A stretch of DNA of 64,000 nucleotides, from positions 25,050,001 to 25,114,000 of the forward strand of contig NC_087252.1 of assembly GCF_037042905.1 (NCBI RefSeq), in the 5' to 3' direction. The stretch is from Lytechinus pictus (Eukaryota). The notes under the pieces were generated by a model. It was not told where the DNA came from. It ran no database searches and was given only the letters and a program-made list of their open reading frames with translations. Positions 49,701-61,700 of the stretch are shown here, piece after piece. Both the position numbers and the translations under genes were made by a program. Every line of letters starts with the position of its first letter. Position 1 is the first letter of the stretch.

Positions 49701-52700
49701 TCCACCATTTCTCTGATGCCAGTCAGGATGGGTATGGGCAATGTTCATATCTCCGTCTCATCAATGAGGATGACAAAGTGCATTGTTCATTCGTAATCGG
49801 AAAGGCCCGAGTTACTCCATTGAGACCAATAACCATTCCAAGACTGGAGCTAACAGCAGCAACATTGTCAGCCAAGAGCAGCACATTTCTGAAGTCGGAA
49901 CTGGAATACGATTCTGTGAAGGAGTTCTTCTGGACAGACAGTAAGGTTGTTCTTGGATACATAAAAAATGAAGCCAGGCGGTTTCATATCTTCGTTGCCA
50001 ACAGAGTTCAGACAATCCGAGAGCAGACTGACCCTGATGCATGGTACTATGTTGATACCAAGGAGAATCCTGCTGATGGAGCTTCTCGAGGAATCTCAGC
50101 AAAGGAGCTCACTTCTAGCCACTGCTGGTTTCGAGGCCCAGATTTCCTGTGGAATGATGGTTTGTTTGCACCCCCAGGAGATGATCCATGTACGGTAGAT
50201 GACCACGACCCAGAGGTGAAGCATGCCTCAGTCCTGAGAACAGAAGCAACCACCAAGGTCAGTACAGGGCAATTTGAATCCAACCGTTTGGATTGCTTCT
50301 CCAGTTGGCACTCTGCCAAGAAGGCAGTAGCCAGATGTATACAGCTGAAGACGAGTCTGAAGAAAAGGGCTAACCAGCATACCAGAACGAGGTCTAGATC
50401 AGTGGAAGCAACGATCCCTAAGGTTGTGACAGTGAGTGAGCTGCAGGAAGCTGAGAAGGTCATCATTAGAGGTTTACAACAAGAAAACTTCCCGCAGGAG
50501 CTGCAGATTCTTAAAGAACTAGATAAGACAGGAGAAATGAGTAGACATGAAGTACCTACTCGAAATGCGGCACTGAAGAAAACCAGTGCCCTCTTCAGAT
50601 TGGACCCGTTTCTAGATGATGACGGGGTGATTCGAGTCGGCGGCCGGATACATCGCGCCAATTTGTCCAGTAACATTAGACATCCAGTGATTATTCCTCG
50701 TAAGAGTTATGTCACAACACTGCTGATCCGAGATGCTCATCACAGGACCCAACATAGTGGTAGAGGCATTACTCATAATGAGCTACGTCAGAGAGGATAC
50801 TGGGTGATAGGAGGAGTGTCTGCAGTTTCACAATGCATCTCGTCCTGTGTGACATGTCGACGATTGCGAGGACAGCCCCTCCAACAAAAGATGGCAGATC
50901 TTCCAGAAGAAAGAGTTGAGCCTTCTCCACCATTCTCGTATTGTGCAGTGGACTATTTTGGACCCTTTCTTATCAAGGAAAGACGGAGTGAAGTCAAGAG
51001 ATATGGTGTGCTCTTCACATGTCTGTCTTCAAGAAGTGTACACCTGGAAACTGCTAACAGTCTTAGTAGCAGTGCCTTCATCAACGCGTTGCGGCGTTTC
51101 ATGAATCGACGGGGTGCTGTAAGGCATCTACGCTCTGACCAGGGTACAGCATTCGTTGGAGCCAGAAACGAGTTGAAGGAAGCGCTGTCTGAAATGGACC
51201 AGGGAAAGGTACAAGAGTACCTGCTTGAGAATGGATGTGACTGGATACCATTCAAGATGAATGTGCCCCATGCCTCTCATATGGGTGGAGTTTGGGAGAG
51301 GCAGATTCAGTCAGTGCGACGTGCACTAGAGCCATTGCTGAAATCATCTGGGAGTCAACTTGATGATGAGGCCTTCAGAACCTTCATGACCGAAGCAGAA
51401 GCCATAATCAACTCCAGGCCATTGACGACAACCAATCTAAGTGACAGTGAAGCACCAGAACCACTGACCCCTCATCATATCTTGACTGCCAAGCCCAAAG
51501 TCATATTACCCCCACCAGGAGTCTTCCAGCGCGAAGATGTTTACTCTAGGAAGTGGTGGAGACGCGTCCAACACCTCGCCAATGAGTTCTGGCTACGATG
51601 GAGGAAAGAATATTTGCAGGGACTGCAAGAGCGTAGAAAATGGACAAGTACAGAAAAAGACTTAACGATAGGTGATATTGTAATCTCCAAAGAAGAAGAG
51701 GGAGGACGATACAAGTGGCCCTTAGCTAGGGTGATAGATGTTTATCCTAGTGCTGATGGTAGAATTAGGAAGGTGAAACTTCTAATGGCTGATGGACAGT
51801 TAGATAATAATGGCAAACGCCAGAGCCCACCAACTAAATTCGACAGACCAGTAAATAAGTTAGTTCTTCTGTTACCCAACCAACAGTAATTATTCCCACT
51901 CAAAATCCACAGTAGTAAAGTGGAAGTATCCCGCTTGTCTCGCAAAAGACTTGAAGCATTCCCCCTCAAGGAGCCATTATCTTTTTACATTTTCATTTAT
52001 CAATGATATAAATGATGCGTTTAAATTGTTGTTTTATTTTCATGTATGGTTCAGTGATAATTCTAAAGGCTGGAATGCTGTTTTAAAGATTGCATTATGT
52101 GTATTTTTAGACTATGTATCCATTGGGTATAGACATAGTATTGGTCAAAGTATTGTTTAAGATTAATTTGTATTATGATGTGGTATAATTTGTTGTACTT
52201 TATATTCGTAATAATTGAAGCTAATTTAGTAAATGTAGGTACATTTAAAGGAGCCATGTCACTACAGCAGTGTGTAGTGATGTTATATTCTCTCATCCAA
52301 TCTTCATCAAGAGTCTGATTATCAAGACTACACCACCAAAGAGGTATATGTTTCCCCAGAAGGTGTGACTCACCGCTAATAGTAGAGTAATTTCATTGTT
52401 CTCCAACTTCTCTCCAAGAATATCTTCTTGGAAGTAAAGATAACTTTCATTCTCATAGTCAGAGTGATGGAGTAAAGTACTACTCACAATCAGTTGCAGA
52501 AAGTTCAAGTAAATTGTTATTTGTGGACAACTACAAAGGCCCAATTCGGTAAGAACATATTTCATATAATATTGTTTTGATATTTAACATGGTAAATGTA
52601 TTGTAGAATTCATAAAACTATTTAGGATAGTTTGAGTTTGTTTAGTTAGAGAGAAGATGTTGTGTTTGTGTTAACAGAGTGTAATACGTATATTGCATAG

Positions 52701-55700
52701 TGTAGGAAAGTTGATTTCTGTGTTGATTAAGTATTTCTGAGGAATATGAGTTTAGCATTATGTTGATAAATCACATAATCTTGTATTATAATATATTTCC
52801 ATCTAGAAGTGCTAAGATGTAAAAGGCTTTTAAATACAATGAATTAGTTGGGTGTAATTATACATAAAGCAAGAAGTCTAGTTTCATTGGGAAACAAAGA
52901 GAGTCTGTTTTTGCTAATCCAGTAGAAGCAGGGTCTATGAATGATTACTTTGGAATGTGGCCCCTTTCACATTCATCCCTTTTTACTTTCTCTTTTGAGT
53001 AGATAAGTTACTGCACGTTGTAAATGCAGGGTTTGTTCACATTTGTATTTTAATCTGGTTTAACTTTAATCTCAAGATAGAATAATGTTATGCTGTTTCG
53101 TTATAAGCTGAGTTAGTGTAATAGTGGGAACTATTACTAGTTTGTTTTCTTATTATACTCTAATCATCTCTAAAGAGTTAATTCTTTAGTTTCATGTTTA
53201 ACTTGTGATAATGTAGATTACTGTTTGTACATGGCCAATTTGTTATTAAGAACAAAACCATAACTTTCGTGGAGAGAAAGACCTTTCCTCTGGGAGTGAT
53301 TTAGGGAGAAACCTTGAATGATTGACTGTGTTGGCATGTAGTTATGTTCACACGGCTAATCTGTCTATTGGACAGAATACTTAGTAGTGCACTGCACTGA
53401 GTGAGTGTAGATGTGTTCATACAAGGATTTAATCGCCAGATTAACTTTATTCCTTGTATATTTTGTACTCTCTTAATTTAGGTTAATGTTATAAGGTATA
53501 ATAGTACATGTGTATGTTGATCGCTTATATTAGTGTCAGATTGATTCTCATTTAATCATATAATCGTAATTGTACTAACTTAGATTTAGTTATTGACATG
53601 ATTTCAAGATGAAACATTTGTTTATTATTGTTTGTTTATTCATTATCATTACAGATTGTTATCTGAAGGTGCATAGAAGTATAACTGAAAGTACGACTGA
53701 AGTTTGTCACCAGTGTTGGAGATTAACTGAATAAAGCGAAAGTTTGTTTTATTTCAACAAGTCGAGTCCAGCATTGATTGATTCCTTGTGCCTTGTGAAT
53801 AACAATAGTTGGACATAAGTAGACGAAACTCCTTCGTAGAAAGTTTTACGAAGGCAGTCACATAGGGATTAGAATCATATCAAACCCTTTATGATTCAAA
53901 CCTCTCGCCGTCAAATTTTCTCATGTCGTTTGAAGAAACAATAGCATTGGCGAAATGTTAACAAAGATACCAACAAATCCAATAGAGAGATGAAACAAGA
54001 AAAAAAGATCGATTGCTTAATCAATCACAATCACCAACGATAATCGTGTTTCAGGGTAACTACAATGATAATGATAGAATAATACTAACGAAGATAATAA
54101 TAATGATAATACAAAATAACAATTATAATTACAGGGATGATGGTGATGATAATAGTCAAAATGATAATTATGATAATTTAAAGAAAATCAATAATTAAAT
54201 ATAAAAATCAATTTGAGCTTGTACTGCCTTTTCCGTATCTCAACAGTTATGGCTATCAAAATAAAATAATTCTAATCAATTTAAGAATCATAAACTACTA
54301 GGCTTAATCTTAGTGTTTTCTTGCTATAGGCCTATAGGCATAATAACGTTCTCTGATGGGTGAGAAGAAACATGGTATTAATACTGAATCTTGCTTGTGG
54401 TTTAATGTTATTGTGATAGAAAATAATAATAAAAAACAAAACAAGCATGTTCGAGTTAGCATCTGTGTCTGGCTTTGGTAGGCCAATTCATGACGAAATG
54501 CTAACAACGCAATCATTACAAAAATAAAAAAATAAAACACAATCTGTTACGATTCCTATTTTTTACTTTTGATGGTGCAAGCATAAGCCTTTACGTAGAA
54601 AAAAAAGACAGATTTGATAATGAACAATGAAGATAGTCCAGGGTGTAGCGATGAGGGTGGAGATGCTCCCGGCCTGCGCCAGGTGCAATTTTTTTGTAAA
54701 ATACTTCAAAAGGCTTAGGTTTTTTTCTTTTTCTAATTATAAAAGCTAGATTGTGGTAAAGAAAGGAAGCATCCCCCTCGCCTTCCCGCCCGCGCTTCAA
54801 ATAGATAGATCAAAAACATCGCTTTTTAGTGTTCTCAAAAGCATGTTTTTAAGAAAAGTTTACAAAGAGGATGCGAATTCAAAAGGCGTAGGTGTGGCGA
54901 TAATGGCACTGGGCCGGGCGGGGGCATGGGCGATGGATTATGAGCTCGAGTATAATCGCGAAATAAAAGCCAAGGGCAAAACGTATTCAAAACACGGGTT
55001 TTTTATGAGGATTAATTTCCTTAGAATTACAAAGGATACTATCAAGGAGACAATGATAACAGGTACTTTCTCTATCATAGGCCATGATCAGGATCTTTTC
55101 ATTATTTAAAACTTTTTTTTTTCGGAGATGGCATTTTCAAAAGAATTAAAGATTTTCAAATCTTTAGAAAATATTGATAGTCCGTGAACGTGTGCTAATC
55201 TATTAGTTTTAAAGAGAATAAATAAAGAAACTAAATCGAACGTCAAAGTTTGCGCTATCCAAGTGAAGCCCCTTTCACAATGGTGAATTATGTAAGAAAA
55301 AGAAAGAAATTGATGGCTTAATCCATCACGAACAATAATCATGATAATTGAAAAAATAATAACCATGGAAATAACAATGACAGTAATACAAACGATAATA
55401 ACAGTAATCATAGATATAAAATAACAATGATAATGATGATAGGCCTGTAATGGTAAAAATGTTGATTATGAATGATGATTTTTTTTTTTAATACAATATA
55501 AAAAATATATTAGGAGCTTGATATTTTATCCGTATCTCAATATTACTGGCTATTAAAATGAAATATCTTCTAACCAATTCAAGAATAATGACTAATAAGC
55601 TTTATATTAATTTGTCATAGGCATAATAGCGTTCTTTGAGGGTTGATAAAAAAACATGGCATCAATACTGAATCTTGCTTGTGGTTTAATAAAAAAGTTA

Positions 55701-58700
55701 TGATAGAAAATCATAATTAAAAAACAAACAATTATGTTCGAGTTAGCATCTGTGACTGGCTTAAGTAGGCCTTCATGACGAAATACAAACAACACAATCA
55801 TAACAAAAATAAATAAGAAACCAATCTGTCAAGATTCCTATTACTACTTTTGATGTTGCAAGCATGGGCCTTTACGTAGAAAAAAAGACAGATTTGATAA
55901 TGAACAATGAACGCGAAATAACCAAGGACAAGACGTATTAAAAAAAACCGGTCGTATGTGAGGATTAATTAATTTCATTGAAATTATCAAGGATATGCAG
56001 AATTAAGAAAGTTTCTTTTAATCATGATTACGATATTTTCATTAGCGTTTTTAACTTTTTCAAAAGAAAGATTTTCAAATCCTTAAAAGATTGATCGGCA
56101 GTGGAAGTGAGTTTTGTTAATCAATTTTAAAGAGAACGAACACTAAGAGTTAAACGTAACACGTTCTTAACAAAAAGCGGGGTCTATGAGTGAGGGGATG
56201 TTAGACTCCTTGCATGATTTTAAGAAACACATCTGTGAAAATATCCTACATGGAAGAAAAATAAAGCGGAATAAAAACAAAGACGGCGTGTGCCTCTGTG
56301 TGTTGGTTTTTACAGTGGTATAAACACAGTTCGCTTTACTCATTTTACCCCGGCATTTTACGTTTTAAACTCTTCTCATAAAGGTGATGAAAGTTCTTAA
56401 GATGCCACGAAATTAATAATAACTTCAAAAAAGAAGGAAGAGAAGAAGGAGAAGAAAAAATGAGGAGATAGCAGATTAAACTCCCGGATTAGACTCATGG
56501 TAGTATAGGGCCGATACAGGCGCTGGTATAGACTAAAAAAGGTTCAGTCCGCATTCAACATGGACGCCACGCACAATCGCAACTGAAAGCACAATGTGAC
56601 AATAGACAGAGAACAATACCAGACACGGCAAAAGCCACGCAAAGTGCCTCACGGTCCAATACAATAGCTTGTATTTCTCTCTTAAAAAAACGTATAATTA
56701 ATGGTTGAAACGATTACAAAAACTTATTTTCTTTGAGGAGAGATCTCAAGGATTCAGGAAAACCCAATTTTATTGTAAATCATTGACGGTTGCTAAGCAC
56801 TTTCAGTCAATGAAAGGATGAGTTTCCGCGTGAAACATGTGAAAAAGGCTCCGAGCAGTCTGAAAGCGGGCGAAACTTCAGAAGCGATTTTCTCATAAAA
56901 ATACTTTTTATGAACTCTCGTACCTGGGACATTTAAAGACTATTTTCTCAGCAAATACTATGTCCCTTAGCATGTGCTATATACCAAATTAAAGCTTGAG
57001 AAATGGAGAATCATAATCTTAAAAAAGATTATGTTTGAAGAAATCGAATTCTGTCTGCTTTTGACAGGACGAGTCACATATGACTTACTTGGGTAAAACA
57101 TTTCATTCAGTGTATGCGCAATCTCCACTCCCAGGGGAGTATTCCATCAATGAGCAGTCAAATGGCTCTAATTGCCAAGCAAGCTATATTGATATCTGTT
57201 TCATAATGAGTAATACCCATCAATATATGACTTACTTGGATAGAACATTTCATTCAGTGTATGCGCAATCTCCACTCCCAGGGGAGTATTCCATCAATGA
57301 GCAGTAAAGTGGCTCTAATTGCTGAGCAAGCAATATTGATGTCTGTTTCATAATGAGTTATACCCATCAATATATGACTTACTTGGGTAGAACATTTCAT
57401 TCAGTGTATGCGTAATCTCCACTCCCAAGGGGAGTATTCCATCAATGAGCAGTCAAATGGCTCTAATTGCCAAGCAAGCAATATTGATGTCTGTTTCATA
57501 ATGAGTAATACCCATCAATATATGACTTACTTAGATAGAACATTTCATTCAGTGTATGCGCAATCTCCACTCCCAGGGGAGTATTCCATCAATGAGCAGT
57601 CAAGTGGCTCTAATTGCCAAGCAAGCAATATTGATGTCTGTTTCATAATGAGTAATACCCATCAATATTTAACTTACTTGGATAGAACATTTCATTCAGT
57701 GTATGCGCAATCTCCACTCCCAGGGGAGTATTCCATCAATGAGCAGTCAAATGGCTCTAATTGCCAAGCAAGCAATATTGATGTCTGTTTCATAATGAGT
57801 AATACCCATCAATATATGACTTACTTGGATAGAACATTTCATTCAGTGTATGCGCAATCTCCACTCCCAGGGGAGTATTCCATCAATGAGCAGTCATATG
57901 GCTCTAATTGCCAAGCAAGCTATATTGATATCTGTTTCATAATGAGTAATACCCATCAATATATGACTTACTTGGATAGAACATTTCATTTAGTGTATGC
58001 GCAATCTCCACTCCCAGGGGAGTATTCCATCAATGAGCAGTCAAATGGCTCTAATTGCCGAGCAAGCAACATTGATGTCTGTTTCATAATGAGTAATACC
58101 CATCAATATATGACTTACTTGGATAGAACATTTCATTCAGTGTGTGTGCAATCTCCACTCCCAGGGGAGTATTCCATCAATGAGCAGTAAAGTGACTCTA
58201 ATTGCCAAGCAAGCAACATTGATGTCTATTTCATAATGAGTAATACCCATCAATATATGACTTACTTGGATAGAACATTTCATTCAGTGTATGCGCAATC
58301 TCCACTCCCAGGGGAGTATTCCATCAATGAGCAGTCAAATGGCTCTAATTGCCAAGCAAGCAATATTGATATCTGTTTCATAATGGGTAATACCCATCAA
58401 TATATGACTTACTTGGGTAGTACATTTCATTCAGTGTATGCGCAATCTCCACTCCCAGTGGAGTATTCCATCAATGGGCAGTCAAATGGCTCTAATTGCC
58501 AAGCAAGCAATATTGACATATGTTTCATAATGAGTAATACCCATCAATATATGACTTACTTGGAAAGAACATTTCATTCAATGTATGCATCTCCACTCCC
58601 AAGGGGAGTATTCCATCAATGGGCAGTAAAGTTGCTATAATTGCAAAGCAAACAGGGGGCCGTTTTATAAAGCTGTTCGTAAGTTAAGAGCGACTTTAAG

Positions 58701-61700
58701 AACGACTGGTAAACCTTTCTAACGCGCTAAACCATCGCCATTGAATATACCATTTACCACAAAAAAGGATCACCAGTCGTTCTTAAAGTTGCTCTTAACT
58801 TACCAACAGCTTATGAAACACCCACCGGCAGTGACGCTCGCATGTTAATTATCACTACACAATTAATATTTCGCCTACTAAGATAAAAATTTTCATTCGG
58901 TGTATGCGCAACCTCCACTCCTTGGGGAGTATTCCAACAATGAAGGGTAAATTTGCTGTAATTGCTGTAATTAACATTGACGTTTGCATATTAATAAGTA
59001 CTGCTCAATTAATAATGACTAACTTGGACATAATGTTTCATTGGCACTAGTATACGGACATTCAATATAACTGTTGCATCTATAATTGGAATGGATACAT
59101 GCCCCTCATGATGGCCTTTACTGTGTTACCACTGTTTTGAGTAAGATGAAGTGTGAGCTAGAATCGGTAATGAAAGGCCGCTTCGGGGTATTACAACTAT
59201 GGACGGTCAATTTGCTGTAATTGCTTAGCTAAGAACATTGATGTTTGCATATTACTAAGTACTGCTAAATTAACAATGACTAACTTGGACATAATGTTTC
59301 ATCGGCACTAGTATACGGACATGCAATATAACTGTTGCATCTATAATTGGAATAGAGGCAGGCTCCCGAAGGGCTTTCCTGAGTTGCCCATTGTTTTGTG
59401 AAAGATGAAGTGTGAGAATCGGTAATGAAAGGCCGCTTAGGGGGTATTACAACTATGGATGGTCAATTTTCTGTAACTGCTTCGCCGAGAACATTGACGT
59501 TTGCATATCAATGAGTATTACAATTAATGACTCACTTGGACATGACGTTTCATCGGCAGTAGAATATGGACATTCAAAATAACCGTTGCATCTATAATTG
59601 GAATGGATGCAGGCTCCCGATGGGCATCGGAATTCTGTTTCAAATGTTCCGCACGCACCTGAGGTGAAAGAATAACAATAAATGATTATACAAAAGATTC
59701 ATATAGCGCACTTTCGATCTTGGTTAGATGCTCAAGACATTTCAGAGAAAATTAACGACCCCAACAACACAAAAATACATATTTCATGTTAAAAATTTAA
59801 CAATGGATGAATATAGAGATGTCTGTCAAAATAATAATTACAAAATTTATATAGCGCTTAATACAAATGTTTTTAAGCGCTGCATAAAATTACCCCGGCT
59901 TTAGCATGGCTACCCTGATAGGGCGCTCAAGCATTCAAGGAATTCCTTCCAACTGGGTACCCAGTAACTACACCTGGGTGACGAGTGGCAAATGTAGATA
60001 AATGCCTTGCCAAAGGATGCAAGGGTTGCAGCGGGATTTGGACCCAGGTCCTTGTGGTTCAAAGTCCAGAGACTTATCCACTGAGCCATAACGCCTCAAC
60101 AAAATGATCTTATACAGGTTAGTGTTCAGGTCGCCCCTACATCCGCTACATTTTCTTTTCATTTCTTTCATATTTGTACCATTTTCATTGCTTATACTGT
60201 GATTTAAACTCTTTTACTCTTTTTGTTGTTGTATCATTTTATACTTGTACATATGTTTGTATGTGTTTAAAGCATGTCAAATAAATGAATTCAATTGAAT
60301 TGATTATTGCTGATGTTTGGAGTTTCAAATACTGTGGATGGATAATCCACTTGCGGATCCAGGGGACGGGGGGCACAGCTGGCCAGTGCCCCTCCTTTTG
60401 AGAAGCAAAATTAAAATTTGTAATGTAAAAATGCCGTTGAAACAGAAGTGTGCCACCCCCCCTATGAAAGTGAAGACTTTTTTTTTGGTTGTCAAATTTT
60501 TTTCTGGGACGAAATATCTTTAATTTTTGCTTGAAAACCTTTTTTTTTTCGCTTGTCAAATTTTTCCTCGGAAAAATGTGCCCCCCCCTTTCGGAATATC
60601 CTGGATCAGCCCCTGGGATAATCCACCAGTAATTACATAATCCTCATTTTTCTGAGCTTATTTTGAGAACCTCTCTGATCAGGGGGATGTGATTATGGCT
60701 GTCAATAACAGAAAATTGCCATTTTAATTTACCGATCACTAAAGGAATAGCTCTCCGTATTCATTATACAGTCAGATGGAAACGATTGACATTTGAAAAT
60801 GATGGCATTTTAAGTAGGCCACCAACTTGCAAAAATTTTAAGAAATATTGATAGTTTAACAGTATCCATTACATGTGGCTCTTTGTGAAATATCTTTAAC
60901 ACCACATACAATTTATTTATGTATTTATTTATTTACAAAATATTTACATGAATTACAAAACGAAATGTTTAGAAATAAGCCAGTTTGGGGTTCCATTCTG
61001 CGCACAATCAGAAGAAGGTCATTCGGACTAAAGCAGGAATCACGCTACAAAGGCACTCTGTATGTTTTCATAGCGGCTTCCCCAAATTACCCATTATTTT
61101 GTGTATGATGAAGCATGAGAATTGGTAATAAAAGGTTTGATACATGGCTCCAACTTTTGACATGGTATATTAAAGCCATTAACATCACATTGATAAATCA
61201 ACATTTAACATATACATATTATACTTACTGTGATCAAAGTTTGAACAGTTGACACGTCCCAAGTGATCAAATTCGTCCTCATTATTAGAACAGTCTTTGA
61301 AGCCATCGCATTGATAATGAGATGGGATACAGTGATGATCATTGCACTCAAATTCTGCGGCTGTACAGGCCGTATAGTTGTGAGCTGAAGTGGGGCATGG
61401 AAGAAATGTGGTAAGTCTATAGAGTAAAACAGTCACTGCAACAACACTGTTTTTTCTTTCAATAATTTCTATTTACATTACCTCACTAAACATAAATAAT
61501 CATAATACATTTATTAAAAAAACAAGAAAGAAAGAAAAAATCTGGGTGGTAAGAGGGGGGATACATGGTTTCAAAGTTACAATAAACCTTTCGTAAGTGT
61601 ATATCAGACCCAAAACTGCAAAAAAACGTTTTTTCCTGTACAAATCCAATGCAAATTCTGTATGTAGCCAAAATTTATAAATGCATATTTTTTTTTACAT

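Larger units (their letters stand above)
44565..53862 (+). mobile_element. Full-length BEL/Pao LTR retrotransposon
   Basis: Two 1606-bp TGT..ACA LTRs, 5-bp TSD TAGGG (44560-44564 and 53863-53867), single long gag-pol ORF. Confidence 0.97.
43314..57078. mobile_element. Non-autonomous TIR DNA element (~4.5 kb once the nested BEL is removed); superfamily uncertain
   Basis: Imperfect 34-bp TIRs (TGTGACATGGTTTGTCTAAATCAGACAGAAGTCG vs reverse complement TGTGACTCGTCCTGTCAAAAGCAGACAGAATTCG). Interrupts a minisatellite unit at CAATATATGAC with a TA (or ATAT) duplication. Internal duplicated blocks; no long ORF. Confidence 0.8.

Noticed and set aside
46610..51255. Several antisense and alternate-frame ORFs (up to 209 aa) over gag-pol
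   Set aside because: Shadow ORFs of the long coding frame, with no motifs.
57408..58640. 260-aa and 134-aa ORFs with a 49-aa repeat
   Set aside because: By-product of a 147-bp unit. Other units carry stops and frameshifts, the array is split by a transposon, and it is antisense within an intron.
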